This document shows positions 23,345-34,027 of a DNA stretch of 64,000 nt, piece by piece (position 1 is the stretch's first letter; each line of letters starts with the position of its first letter). The position numbers were made by a program, and so were the translations under genes. The stretch comes from an uncultured Verrucomicrobiae bacterium (GTDB lineage: Bacteria; Verrucomicrobiota; Verrucomicrobiia; Chthoniobacterales; Chthoniobacteraceae): positions 224,001 to 288,000 of the forward strand of contig CAVYKI010000012.1 of the NCBI GenBank assembly GCA_963769025.1. The letters run 5' to 3'. A model generated the notes under the pieces. It saw only the letters and a list, made by a program, of their open reading frames with translations, was not told the origin of the DNA and ran no database searches.

Positions 23345-24250
23345 CTAGAAACTGAGCTTGAGACCCACCTGTCCGTAGATCGCGCCGCTCTTGGTCTGAT
23401 AGTTGTCGCCGACCTTGTGGTAGTCGAAATCGCGGTAGGCCATGTAGCCGACTTCGAGGTCGAGCGTGCGCTTTGCGCCGAACTTCCACGACGCGCCGGC
23501 CCCGGCGCGGACTTCCGTGTAGTCCACGAGTGCGTTGCGGTAATTCCGCCCGCCGGGCCCGTTGGCGAAATTGCTGTTCACGCGGAAGGTGGAAGCGATG
23601 ATTTGCCCGCCCGCATGGAGCGTGAGGTCCTCGGTGGCCTGGAACTCGATCCGCGGGTTCGGCGGGACGACGTTCAGCACCCAGCGATCGGCCATTTTCC
23701 AGCGGAAACCCACGCCACCCATGACAGGATTGCTGGCGTTCGGGTTGATGGACAGCCCCGCAATCCACTGGAAGTCCTTGCTGACGAGATACGACGCTCC
23801 GAGGATGACGGGAACGTTGAAGTTGCCGGAATCAAAGCCTTGGTCGTCTCCGTAGAAGCCGGGCTGCGCCTCGATCCGGATGAGGACATCGGAAATCTTC
23901 AGATCGACTCCCGCCACGAGATTCAGCGACTGGAGGGCGCCGGGAATGAAGCCGGGCCCGGTGAAGCCGAAGTCGTGGCGATCATAACCCACGCCGAAGC
24001 GGAGGATGGGCCGATCAGGCACGGCGTAGGAGAGGACGTACAGCGAATGGTTGCTCTGGCCGGCGATGTCTGCATCGCGCCGGGGGCTGACGTTGCTGCG
24101 CGCTCCGGCGCTGGCGCTGTAGCTGCGCTCGACTTCGTGGCTGAACTCACCCGCAGGGGGCTCGATGGGGGCCTCGCGGACGATCTCGCCCGCAGGCAGC
24201 GAAGCAGCCATTCCGAAGCACAACGAAGTAAGGATGAAGGATGGTTTCAT
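23345..24250 (-). CDS. Outer-membrane beta-barrel protein (DUF6268-like)
   Basis: Signal peptide, alternating beta strands, C-terminal Phe (YGQVGLKLSF). Confidence 0.75.
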   Translation of the reverse strand: MKPSFILTSLCFGMAASLPAGEIVREAPIEPPAGEFSHEVERSYSASAGARSNVSPRRDADIAGQSNHSLYVLSYAVPDRPILRFGVGYDRHDFGFTGPGFIPGALQSLNLVAGVDLKISDVLIRIEAQPGFYGDDQGFDSGNFNVPVILGASYLVSKDFQWIAGLSINPNASNPVMGGVGFRWKMADRWVLNVVPPNPRIEFQATEDLTLHAGGQIIASTFRVNSNFANGPGGRNYRNALVDYTEVRAGAGASWKFGAKRTLDLEVGYMAYRDFDYHKVGDNYQTKSGAIYGQVGLKLSF

Positions 24251-24298
24251 GGTATTGGGAGACGAGTGGGAGAGGGTCGGGAGATTGAGTGGGGGAAA

Positions 24299-25315
24299 TC
24301 AGCGCTGCGAGGAAATATCCCTCACCATTGCGGCGATGTTTTTCTGGATTTCCTTCCGCATCGCGACCGAGGCGCCGGAACGTTCGATTCCGCGCAGTTC
24401 GCCGAGCTGGCTGGAGGACAGCAGGTCCGAGCGCCACACGAGCGTCACCGCCTTGCCATCCACCTGCATGGGCCACATCTGCGAGATGGTGAGCATGACA
24501 AAATATCCGTCGCTCGAATAAAACTGCACCGTGCCGCTCTGGGCCGACTCGCCGGCAGAGCGCGAATACGTCGCCCCGAGCGCCACCGCCGCGCGTCCCT
24601 CGACGTCGAACATGTCGTAGTAAAGCGAGGGACTCCCGCCCCCGCCCGTCATCATCCCCGTGAGCGCGGAGAATTGCTTGCGAAGCGCCGGACGCTCCCG
24701 GAGCAATGCCGCGGCCTCGTCCGCAGGCCGGATCGCGCCGCTGCGAGTGGCATAGGCAGGCTGGGCTGCGAGTCCGCCCTGCGCGAATGCGCTCGCGCGG
24801 CCGTGCAGGAGGTTGACCCAAAATGCGCTGATGCTTGGCGACATCGCGCCTCTCGCACCGCCCTCGATCTTTGCGGCGCCTTTCGCCTCCGCGGCGCTCA
24901 TCTGCAGTTCAGGCCGCTCGGGATTCAGCTTTTCCGTCGCGGCGATGAACTTGCTCACGGACGAATTCTGCGGCGCAGACGCGATGCGCTGGAAATCCTG
25001 CGGCGAGGGCCGCCGCGGCAGATCCACATGCTGGTAAATTTTCAGCTCGGAATGCCGCATGCCGTTCCACCGCTGCTGCAGTTCGCTGGCCTTCGCCACC
25101 GGAAGCGGGACGATAAAGAGCGACTCGACCTCAAGCCCGCGCGCAAATCTCATCGTCGGACCGCTCGCGGAGACGACGTCGCCCTTTGCGAGCTTCTTCA
25201 GATCGACCTCCTTGAAATTGGAGAACGAGGTGATCTCCGAGACCGGGTCCGCCATCAGGTGGGGAATCGCCGCCGCCGCGAACATGAGAAACGAGAAAGG
25301 AATCGAAGTGCGCAT
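24299..25315 (-). CDS. Exported hypothetical protein
   Basis: 338-aa ORF with signal-like N-terminus, 48 bp upstream of the beta-barrel gene. Confidence 0.7.
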   Translation of the reverse strand: MRTSIPFSFLMFAAAAIPHLMADPVSEITSFSNFKEVDLKKLAKGDVVSASGPTMRFARGLEVESLFIVPLPVAKASELQQRWNGMRHSELKIYQHVDLPRRPSPQDFQRIASAPQNSSVSKFIAATEKLNPERPELQMSAAEAKGAAKIEGGARGAMSPSISAFWVNLLHGRASAFAQGGLAAQPAYATRSGAIRPADEAAALLRERPALRKQFSALTGMMTGGGGSPSLYYDMFDVEGRAAVALGATYSRSAGESAQSGTVQFYSSDGYFVMLTISQMWPMQVDGKAVTLVWRSDLLSSSQLGELRGIERSGASVAMRKEIQKNIAAMVRDISSQR

Positions 25316-25457
25316 AATCGTAACCTCTGGTTGGAGCGAGTTGGTATGAAAGGAGGGCGATGGTTGTCAACCCCGTCCATCGTCGCGCGGCCGGCATCCG
25401 GCTGTAGTCACCGAGCGGTATTGCGATCCGTTGGCATTCTGTTCATGCTGCCAGCGC

Positions 25458-26408
25458 ATGTCGGACCCGATCATCGTCCTCAAAAACCTCCGCAAGGCCT
25501 ATGGCGCCACGATCGCGGCGAACGATCTGACCATTGCCATCCCGCGCGGCGAAATTTTCGGCTTCCTCGGCGCGAATGGCGCGGGAAAGACGACGACCAT
25601 GCGGATGCTCTGCGGCCTCACGCGGCCGACCTCCGGGCACGGGTTCATCGACGGGCTCGATGTCTGGACGGACCGCTACCGCATCCGGTCAAAGTTCGGC
25701 TACGTCGCGCAAAAGTTCAGCCTCTACCCGGACCTCACCGTCACGGAAAACCTCGCGTTTTTCGGCGGCGCCTTCCGTGTGCCACGGGAGACGCTCGGCC
25801 CGCGCATCGAGACCCTGCTCGCGCAGATGGACCTCGTCGCCAAGCGCGACGCGATGGCCGGCAGCCTCTCCGGCGGCATGAAGCAGCTCCTCGCGCTCGC
25901 ATGCGCACTCGTCCACTCGCCACCGCTGCTTTTCCTCGATGAACCGACCTCCGGCCTCGACCCGGTGCACCGCCAGCAGCTGTGGAATCTGCTCTACGAG
26001 CTCGGCACGCACGGAACGACCATCTTCGTCACCACGCACTACATGGATGAAGCCGAGCGCTGCACCGAAGTCGGCTTCGTGCGCGAGGGCCGGCTGCTCG
26101 TGAGGGACACGCCGCGCCGGCTGAAGGCGTCCTTCAAGTCCAAGCTCCTCGAACTCGAAGTCGATCCCGTGATGCCCGCCCTGAGCGCGCTCCGCAGCGC
26201 ACCCGGCGTGCTCGACGCGACGCTCCGCAGCGGCCACGCGCGCATCTACGCCGCCGAACCCGAACGGCTGCTGCGCGAATGGCAGCGGGCCTGGCCATTT
26301 CCCGAATTCACGTGGAAAAGCCACGCCTGGGTCGAGCCCGACATGGAGGACGTCTTCAAAGCCTGGTCACAAGGATTCACCGAACTTCTCGACAGGAGCG
26401 ACCCATGA
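25458..26408 (+). CDS. ABC-2 type transporter ATP-binding protein
   Basis: GANGAGKT, LSGG, FLDEPTSGLD, TTHYMDEAE. Confidence 0.93.
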   Translation: MSDPIIVLKNLRKAYGATIAANDLTIAIPRGEIFGFLGANGAGKTTTMRMLCGLTRPTSGHGFIDGLDVWTDRYRIRSKFGYVAQKFSLYPDLTVTENLAFFGGAFRVPRETLGPRIETLLAQMDLVAKRDAMAGSLSGGMKQLLALACALVHSPPLLFLDEPTSGLDPVHRQQLWNLLYELGTHGTTIFVTTHYMDEAERCTEVGFVREGRLLVRDTPRRLKASFKSKLLELEVDPVMPALSALRSAPGVLDATLRSGHARIYAAEPERLLREWQRAWPFPEFTWKSHAWVEPDMEDVFKAWSQGFTELLDRSDP

Positions 26409-27593
26409 ACATTCGCACGATTTGGAATCCCATCGCCAGCGTCGCACTGAAGGAGCTCCTCCACCTCTGGCGCGACAAGCGCATCCTCGCGCTCATCATC
26501 ATCCTGCCGCCGTTCTTCACCCTGCTCTTCGGCCATGCGTTCGAGAGCACCGCGCTCACCGGCGTCCCGGCCGTGCTCATCGATCGCGACAAGACCGCAC
26601 AAAGCGAAAAGCTGCGTGAACTCCTCGCGGAAAGCGAAATCTTCGAGTGGAAGACAACCGCCGACACCGGAAGCGACCCGGACCTTCTCCGGGAAAAAAT
26701 CAGCGCCGCTATCATCATTCCGGAAAAGTGGAGCGAGGGCATCCGCATGGGTGATCCGCAGCCCATCCAGCTCGTGCTCGACGGAACCGACGCGACGACC
26801 GCCGAGGAACTGCAGGGCCGCGCGCAGGAAGTCCTCGGGAAATACCAGCTCGCCGCGCGCGATGAGATGATCGAGCAGCTCCCCGACGAAGTCATCGAGA
26901 TGGGCAAAAAGCTGCCCGTCGAAACCCGCAAGCAATTCGTCTCCGCCATGACGCCGTGGACGATGGAAGGCAAGATTCTCTACAACCCCGGGCTGCGGTT
27001 CATCGACTTCGTCACGCCGGGAATCATCGGCCTCATCCTGCAATTGCTCACCGTCACGCTCATGGCCTGCACGATCGCTCGCGAACGCGAGACCGGGACG
27101 CTCGCCCAGCTCATCGTCACGCCGCTGCGCCGCGTGGAGATCGTCATCGGCAAAGTCGTCCCCTACCTCGGCATCTCGCTGTTCCTCATCGGCGTCACCA
27201 TCGCCGTCGCGTACTTTCACTTCGGCGTGCATTTCCGCCAGCCGGTCATGCTCGGCATCATCTGCTTCCTGTTCCTGCTCTGCTCGCTCGGCTCCGGGCT
27301 GCTCATCTCCGCGTTCTGCCAGACGCAGACGCAGGCGATTCAGTTCGCCGTATTCTACCTGCTCCCGGTGTTCCCGCTTTCCGGCGCATTCGCGCCCATC
27401 GAGCGCCTGCCCGCCGGCGTGCGCGTCGTGTCGGACATTTTTCCGCTCACGCATTTCTGTGAAGCCTTCCGTATGGCGAGCCTGCGCAACGCGGAGTTCT
27501 CCTACTTCGCCGGCGATCTCGCTTTTCCTCGCCGTCGGCGCAATCCTCACGTGCGGCGGCGCCGCGTGGATCCTCAGCCGGACGGATGCGTAA
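26405..27593 (+). CDS. ABC-2 type transporter permease (frameshift near 27525)
   Basis: ALKELLHLWRD, YNP..RFIDFVTPG, IARERETGTL.QL.VTP, LSG...PI..LP. Confidence 0.9.
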
Positions 27594-27602
27594 GGCGGAA
27601 GT

Positions 27603-27659
27603 GGGCGGCCTCGGCGAGACCGCCCTACCGTGGTAGGGCGTGCTCGCCGAGCGCGCCCC
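27603..27659. repeat. GTAG-type REP doublet, second family
   Basis: GGGCGGCCTCGGCGAGACCGCCCTACC followed by GGTAGGGCGTGCTCGCCGAGCGCGCCC, between convergent genes. Confidence 0.7.
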
Positions 27660-27664
27660 ATTTC

Positions 27665-28270
27665 TCACTCAGCAAACCGCACCACTCTCATCGCCACCAT
27701 CCGCGCGACGGCGACGAGCGTGTTTGCGTCGCAGATTTCCCCCGAAGCGATCATCGCGCGGATTTCCTGCGCGGAAAATGCGCGGCAGTCGGTGATGGAT
27801 TCCGCGGCGTCCGGCTTCGCGCCACCCGCCGCCGGGACCACCGGCCGCACGAGCAGCAAATGGCTGTGCTCATCCGTGAAACCCGAGCTCGGGAAAAAAT
27901 GCCCGAGTGAAATCACCTCCCCGCCCGGCGCGAGCGCATGTCCCGCCTCCTCCTCCAGCTCACGCAGACCCGTCGTGCGGATCGCATCGGGATCGGCGGT
28001 GTCATCGATCTGCCCGGCCGGAAATTCCCAGATGGTCGCGCGAATCGGCACGCGCTCCTGCCGGATGAGCAGGAATTTCCCTTCCTCCGTCATCGGCGCG
28101 ACAACCACCGCTCCCTTGCGATGCACGACCGTCCACGGGAATGGCTCGGGCCGGGTCGGCGACGTGACCACCGCCTTGTGAACCTCAAGGTACGGGTTCG
28201 CGAATTGCATCTCGCTCGATACGACGCTCCAGCCGGCGCAGTCCTGGATGAAGCGGTGAAAACGATCCAT
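27665..28270 (-). CDS. NUDIX hydrolase (ADP-ribose pyrophosphatase-like)
   Basis: WEFPAG...GLRELEEEAG Nudix box. Confidence 0.9.
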   Translation of the reverse strand: MDRFHRFIQDCAGWSVVSSEMQFANPYLEVHKAVVTSPTRPEPFPWTVVHRKGAVVVAPMTEEGKFLLIRQERVPIRATIWEFPAGQIDDTADPDAIRTTGLRELEEEAGHALAPGGEVISLGHFFPSSGFTDEHSHLLLVRPVVPAAGGAKPDAAESITDCRAFSAQEIRAMIASGEICDANTLVAVARMVAMRVVRFAE

Positions 28271-28276
28271 GGCCGG

Positions 28277-29642
28277 TTAGCGGAGCACCTTCTTCCAGCG
28301 AGCGAGTTGCGCGGCGACATTGCGCGGCGACGGCGCTCCGATGCCCTTCCGCGCCGCCATCGCGGTCGCGAGTTTGAAGCAGCGGAAGACACCTTTTTCA
28401 AATGCCGGTGACAGCACGCGCCAGTCGGCAAGCGTGAGCTGCGGCAGGTCGCAGCCGCGCTGCGTGCAGAGCGCCACAGCCTTGCCGACGATCTCGTGCG
28501 CGCTGCGAAACGGCACGCCGCGGTTCACGAGATAATCGGCGACATCCGTCGCGAGCAGCATCGGGTCGGCGACGGCGGCGGCGCATGCGGCGGCGTTCAC
28601 CTTCGTGCCGCGCAGCATCCCGGCGAAGACGGCGAGCGCGGCCTTCACCGTGTCCACGCTGTCGAAGACCGGCTCCTTGTCCTCCTGCATGTCGCGGTTG
28701 TAGGTCATCGGCAGGCCCTTCAGCGTCGTGAGCAGCGAGACGAGATTGCCGATGACGCGCCCGGTTTTGCCGCGCGTGAGCTCGGCGACATCGGGGTTCT
28801 TCTTCTGCGGCATGAGCGACGACCCGGTGGTGTAGGCGTCGCTGATGGTGACGAACTTGAACTCGCTCGACGCCCAGAGGATCACATCCTCGCTGAGCCG
28901 CGAGAGGTGCGTGGCAACAAGCGCGAGCGCGGCGAGCAGTTCCACGGCAAAATCGCGGTCGCTCACCGCATCCATCGAGTTCTGCGTCACCTCGGGGAAG
29001 CCGAGCAGCTTCGCAACAAGCTTCGCGATCGAGCACGATGGTCGAGCCCGCGATGGCGCCGCTGCCGAGCGGCAGCACGTTCATCCGCTTGCGGCAATCC
29101 GCGACCCGTCCGAGATCGCGCTCCAGCATCTCCACGTAGGCGAGCAGGTGATGCGCAAAATACACCGGCTGCGCCCGCTGAAGATGCGTGTAGCCGGGGA
29201 TGATGACGTCGCTGTTCCGCCCGGCGAGATCCACGAGCGCCCGCTGCAAGTCGCGCAACAGCTCGCCGATCGCATCGCACTCGTCCCGGAGATACAGCCG
29301 GATATCCAGCGCGACCTGATCGTTCCGCGAGCGCGCCGTGTGCAGCTTCGCGCCGGCGTCGCCGATGCGCTTCGTCAGCTCGGCCTCGATGTTCATGTGG
29401 ATGTCCTCCAGCTCCGTCTTGAAACGGAACTTTCCCGCCGCGATCTCCGCGCCGATTTTCCGCAAGCCCTCGACGATCTGCGCGCGCTCCTTTTTGGAAA
29501 TCAGCCCCGCCTTTTCCAGCGCCGCGCTGTGCGCGATGGAGCCCTCGATGTCATGCCGCCACAGCCGCCAGTCGAAGCTGATGCTCTCGCTGAACGACTG
29601 GAGCAGTGCGGCGGTTTGTTCTTTGAATCGGCCTTTCCACAT
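28277..29642 (-). CDS. argH: Argininosuccinate lyase (frameshift near 29010-29030)
   Basis: MWKGRF, EDIH, HTARSRNDQ, PGYTHLQ.AQP, TGSSLMPQKKNPD. Confidence 0.95.
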
Positions 29643-29713
29643 AGGGCGCGGAGCATTCCGCACGCGCCGCGCCGGTGCAAGAACGGGCTGTTCGACCTCC
29701 GCGACAGGATGTC

Positions 29714-30151
29714 CTATTTCGACCCGCCGTTTGGACCCTCGTCCTCAACACCGATCTTCGCACCCGTCGCGTCTCGGATGTAATCGAGCTCGAATTTCGC
29801 GCCGACAGCCCTCGCTTTGTCCTTCACCGTCACCAGCACTTCGCCCTCCGTGACTGCACCGGGCGCAAAGCCGCCCATCTCTCCGCGGATCACGAAGTGC
29901 TTCCGGGAGCCGAGATCCGCACCCGCAGCGTCGAGAACGGTGATGAGAACCTTCGCGCGGACAATTTGAACCGCTGCCTTGCTTGTCACCCGGTATGCGA
30001 CGTTGACGTGATCTCCGCTGCGGGGAGTGACGGACGTCATCTCAACACGGAGCATGCTGTTCAGCTTCTCCTCGGCAGGAGTCACGGCCTTGTTGCATCC
30101 CATGAGCGACAACAGGAGCAGTCCCGCGGCGAATGCGATGCGCGGCTTCAT
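29714..30151 (-). CDS. Hypothetical lipoprotein
   Basis: Lipobox LMGC; beta-rich mature part. Confidence 0.65.
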   Translation of the reverse strand: MKPRIAFAAGLLLLSLMGCNKAVTPAEEKLNSMLRVEMTSVTPRSGDHVNVAYRVTSKAAVQIVRAKVLITVLDAAGADLGSRKHFVIRGEMGGFAPGAVTEGEVLVTVKDKARAVGAKFELDYIRDATGAKIGVEDEGPNGGSK

Positions 30152-30232
30152 TTCAACTGGAGCAGACCCGTCCCGATCGGCCGATGAAGTGTCATGGGCA
30201 AGTGCGACGACTCAAACACTCCGAGCTTCGCG

Positions 30233-31507
30233 CTACTTCCGCGTGTGGACGAAAACGCCGCGCTTGTTCCCGACGACGACGTCGAGCTTGCCGTCGCCAT
30301 TCACGTCCGTGCCCATCACCTGCGTGCCGACGCCGCTGTTGTCGTCGATGATGTGCGCGACGTATTTTGCCTTGCCGCCTTCGCGCTTCAGCTCGAACCA
30401 GTACACCACGTGTGGCGCGTTCGGCTCCGGGTCGCCGGAATTGCCGTGCGCCCAGCAGCGTTTGCCGGTCACGATGTCCTTCAGCCCGTCGCCATTCATG
30501 TCCACGAGATCGATCGCATGCGGCTGGGAAAAGATGATGCCGGTCTCGCCCTCGCCGGGCTTGGTGCCGGTGATCATGTGCTTCGTCCAGCCCTGCACGC
30601 CGCCGTCGTTCGTCTGCTCGAACCACGCGAGGCCATACTGATGCGCGGCGAGGCTGGTGATGATGTCGGCCTTGCCGTCGCCATTCACGTCGTAAGCGTA
30701 CATCTGCGCGCCGCCGCCGCCAAATTGCGCCTCGTGGAAAGTCCACGGCGTCGTGCCGTCCCACTTCGCAGGCTGTTCCCACCAGCCTTTGGATTCGAGA
30801 ATGTCGATGCGCCCGTCGCCGTTCACATCGCCGTAGCCGATGCCGTGGGTGAATTTCGCATACGGTCCCTTTGGCGAGACGGCGTGAAATTTCCACGGCT
30901 CCGCGGGCTTGCTCCAGTCCGCCTCCGCGTAGCCGATGAAGCCGCCGCTCATGCACAGCAGCTCCGGCTTTCCGTCGCCGGTGATGTCCACAAACATCGG
31001 CGACTCGTTGTCCGTCACGGCGAGGATCGTGTGCCGCTGCCAGAGCTCTTCCGTGCCCTTCGGATTCTCCCACCAGAATGTCTCCTGCCCCGGGAACCCG
31101 ATGACCACGTAGTCCGCCCAGCCATCGCCGTTGATGTCGTGCGCGTAGCTGATGAAGTTGTTCGAGTAGGTGTTCTTCGTTCCGAGAAATCCCTCGAAGC
31201 CGGGCACCGTCTCATCCGCACCCGTCAGGCCGTCTTGCGGATGAACGATCTTCTCCATCTGGTAAATGGTGTGCCGCTTTGTGAAGTCCGGCCCCTCGTA
31301 CCAAAACGGCCCGCTGAGGATGTCCATCTTGCCGTCCTTGTTCACATCCGCCACGCACGCGCCCTCGGCCCAGAAATGCTCGGTGAGCTGCTTCTTCGTC
31401 CACTCACCCGTGAGCGGCGGCGGCGGAGTGGAGATTCCCGGCGACGCCGGTTGATCGGCAGCCACGGCAAAAGTCGAAAGGGCGAGGAGGGCGAGCGGGG
31501 TTTTCAT
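30233..31507 (-). CDS. FG-GAP/VCBS repeat beta-propeller exported protein
   Basis: Seven DxNxDG-type repeats; signal peptide MKTPLALL. Confidence 0.9.
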   Translation of the reverse strand: MKTPLALLALSTFAVAADQPASPGISTPPPPLTGEWTKKQLTEHFWAEGACVADVNKDGKMDILSGPFWYEGPDFTKRHTIYQMEKIVHPQDGLTGADETVPGFEGFLGTKNTYSNNFISYAHDINGDGWADYVVIGFPGQETFWWENPKGTEELWQRHTILAVTDNESPMFVDITGDGKPELLCMSGGFIGYAEADWSKPAEPWKFHAVSPKGPYAKFTHGIGYGDVNGDGRIDILESKGWWEQPAKWDGTTPWTFHEAQFGGGGAQMYAYDVNGDGKADIITSLAAHQYGLAWFEQTNDGGVQGWTKHMITGTKPGEGETGIIFSQPHAIDLVDMNGDGLKDIVTGKRCWAHGNSGDPEPNAPHVVYWFELKREGGKAKYVAHIIDDNSGVGTQVMGTDVNGDGKLDVVVGNKRGVFVHTRK

Positions 31508-31562
31508 GTGGGGTAATTGAGCGCGCGGAGCGTGCGCGCTTAGGCGCGGAGTGCAAGCCTTC

Positions 31563-31713
31563 GTAGCCGAAGACGGGGAAGTCGGGCACGCGTCGCCATG
31601 CTGCGTGCGATGCGTGATCAGCTCTCGGCGATCGGAGTTGCGAGCAGCGCAGCGGGCTGTAATCGGATCGCTGATCGCAGCATCCAGCCCGCCTCCTTGC
31701 GTCGGCGGCAAAC
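31563..31713. repeat. Degenerate GTAG REP doublet
   Basis: GTAGCCGAAGACGGGGAAGTCGGGC ... GCCCGCCTCCTTGCGTCGGCGGC resembles the 1008-1105 pair. Confidence 0.55.
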
Positions 31714-31715
31714 TC

Positions 31716-32264
31716 CTACTTCGCGCTCTCAAACAGCTTCGTCAGGTCGGCGTAGCCGGCGTCCTTGAGCTTGTCCTTCGGGATGAATTTCAGCGCGGCG
31801 CTGTTGATGCAGTAGCGCTGGCCGGTCGGCTTCGGGCCGTCGTCGAAGAGATGGCCGAGGTGCGCGTTGCTCGTCTTTGCGCGGACCTCCGTGCGCACCA
31901 TGCCGTGCGAGGTGTCGCGCTTTTCCACGATCTCCGTCTTGTCGATCGGCTGGAAAAAGCTCGGCCAGCCGCTGCCGGATTCAAACTTGTGCGTGCTCGC
32001 GAAGAGCGGCTTGCCGCTGATGACGTCCACATAGACGCCCAGTTCGTGGTTGTTCCAATACTTGTTCTCAAATGGCCGCTCCGTGCCGCCCATGATGCAG
32101 ACGTAGTAGGCTTCCTTGTCGAGTTTCTTGGCCAATTCTTCCTTGCTGAGTTTGCTGAGGTCTTCGATTTTTTGGTCGTTCACAGGTTTGGCTTTTTCTT
32201 CGGCGTTGCAGCCGCACACGGTGAAAGTGAGCGCGGCGAGAAGGGAGAGGGAGAATGTCTTCAT
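31716..32264 (-). CDS. msrB: Peptide-methionine (R)-S-oxide reductase with export/lipoprotein signal
   Basis: GTERPF, KFESGSGWPSF, RTEV, HLGHLFDDGP, RYCINS. Confidence 0.95.
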   Translation of the reverse strand: MKTFSLSLLAALTFTVCGCNAEEKAKPVNDQKIEDLSKLSKEELAKKLDKEAYYVCIMGGTERPFENKYWNNHELGVYVDVISGKPLFASTHKFESGSGWPSFFQPIDKTEIVEKRDTSHGMVRTEVRAKTSNAHLGHLFDDGPKPTGQRYCINSAALKFIPKDKLKDAGYADLTKLFESAK

Positions 32265-32319
32265 GGTCGGAAGAATCATCGCCCATTTTTTCCCCGCGTC
32301 AATTCATGCGCCGAATGCT

Positions 32320-32628
32320 TCAGTTCAAACGCCGGGCCCGGCTCAGCGGATCGCTTTCCTCCAGCCGGATGCGCGCACGCACACGCCGCAGTCCGTAATG
32401 CGCACCCATCCCGGCGACGATGAAGAGCGGCAGCGCGAAGAACTGCCCGCGGAACACCAGTTGGGAAAGGAGGATCGCGCCGAGAAGGGAAAAAAGCCAC
32501 AGGCCGAAGCTCGCACGCCCGACCCAAGCGCGTTCACGCGGACCATGCGAGCGGCGCATTTCCCACCACGTGGCCATCGCCCACGGGATTGCCCCGAGGA
32601 TGAAAATGATGATGAGGATTCGTGCCAT
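32320..32628 (-). CDS. Small membrane hypothetical protein
   Basis: 102-aa ORF with three hydrophobic segments. Confidence 0.55.
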   Translation of the reverse strand: MARILIIIFILGAIPWAMATWWEMRRSHGPRERAWVGRASFGLWLFSLLGAILLSQLVFRGQFFALPLFIVAGMGAHYGLRRVRARIRLEESDPLSRARRLN

Positions 32629-32779
32629 CGGAGGGAGCGTAGCCCCGAACCGCGCGCGCGCCAAGTGCGCACACGCACATCCACTCGCGACAACTTCCCG
32701 TTTGATCTCCGCGCGCGTTCCCCGCATACAAACCGCCCGCAAAACGCCGCGACACGGCGCCGCGAACCACCTCAGAACC

Positions 32780-34000
32780 ATGTCCCATTCCGAAATCCCC
32801 GGCGGAGTCACAGCCCCGCAAGGCTTCCAAGCCGGCAGCATTTACTGCGGCATCAAGGCGGCCAACAAGAGCGCCCCGGACATCGCGCTCATCGTCTCGA
32901 ACTCCAAGACCGCCGCCGCAGGGACATTCACGACGAACAAGGTGAAGGCCGCGCCAGTCCGCGTCTCGCGCCTGCACGTGCGCACGCCGGACGTCCGGGC
33001 CATCGTGGCGAATGCCGGCAACGCGAACGCATGCACGGGCGTGCCGGGACTTCAAAACGCAAAGCGGATGTGCGCGACCACGGCCAAGGCGCTCGGCCTG
33101 CGCGACCAGCAGGTGCTCGTGTGCTCGACGGGCCGGATTGGCGTCCAGCTTCCCATCGAGAAAATGGAGGCCACGCTCGCCGACTCGGCGCAATGCCTGA
33201 GCCTCAACGGCAGCTCCGCGGCCGCGCGGGCCATCATGACCAGCGACACCTTTCCGAAGGAGTTCTCGGTGGAATTTTCCGCCCATGGAAAACACATCCG
33301 CATCGGCGGAATCGCGAAGGGCGCGGGGATGATCGACCCGAACATGGCGACGATGCTGTGCTTCATCACCACCGACGCGGCCATTGACCGGAGGATCCTC
33401 CAAAAGGCGCTCAGCGTGTCGGTCGAGCAGTCGTTCAACCGCATCACCATCGACGGCGACATGAGCACGAACGACACCGTCCTCGCGCTCGCGAACGGCG
33501 CGGCGGGGAACAAGCCGCTCAAGTACGGCACGAAGGAATTCAAGGCATTCCAGGCCGCGCTCGACGACGTGACGCGCGAGCTCGCGTGGATGATCGTGAA
33601 GGACGGCGAGGGCGTGACAAAATTTGTCGAGGTGCACGTGCACGGCGCCGCCTCACTCGCGGATGCGCGGCGCGCAGCGGAGGCCATCGCAAACAGCACG
33701 CTCGTGAAATGCGCCTGGTTTGGCGAAGACCCGAACTGGGGCCGCATCATGGACGCGCTCGGCTACTGCGGCGCAAAGCTGCGGGAGGAATTCGTGGACA
33801 TTTACTACGACGGCATCCTCGCCGTAAAAGGCGGCATGCTCGCAAAGACGCCGTTTGAAAAGCTGCGCGAAGTCGTGAAGCAGAAGCGCTTCTGCGTCTG
33901 CGTGGATCTGAACCTCGGACGCGGCGAGCACGTCGTCTATACCACGGACTTCACCGCGGAATACGTGAAGCTGAACATGGGCGACGGCACGGGCGGCTAG
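32780..34000 (+). CDS. argJ: Ornithine acetyltransferase / N-acetylglutamate synthase
   Basis: NAGNANACTG, STG.IG, KGAGMI.PNMATML, DGD.STND, DGEG.TK, DPNWGR. Confidence 0.96.
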   Translation: MSHSEIPGGVTAPQGFQAGSIYCGIKAANKSAPDIALIVSNSKTAAAGTFTTNKVKAAPVRVSRLHVRTPDVRAIVANAGNANACTGVPGLQNAKRMCATTAKALGLRDQQVLVCSTGRIGVQLPIEKMEATLADSAQCLSLNGSSAAARAIMTSDTFPKEFSVEFSAHGKHIRIGGIAKGAGMIDPNMATMLCFITTDAAIDRRILQKALSVSVEQSFNRITIDGDMSTNDTVLALANGAAGNKPLKYGTKEFKAFQAALDDVTRELAWMIVKDGEGVTKFVEVHVHGAASLADARRAAEAIANSTLVKCAWFGEDPNWGRIMDALGYCGAKLREEFVDIYYDGILAVKGGMLAKTPFEKLREVVKQKRFCVCVDLNLGRGEHVVYTTDFTAEYVKLNMGDGTGG

Positions 34001-34027
34001 CCGGGGCGCAAATTTTTCCTGCACGGC

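Noticed and set aside
23192..25942. 916-aa plus-strand ORF and similar long ORFs (e.g. 46621-49272, 16732-18714, 123-1847)
   Set aside because: These are antisense or alternate-frame shadows of real genes, expected at high GC, with Arg/Ala-rich composition and no motifs.
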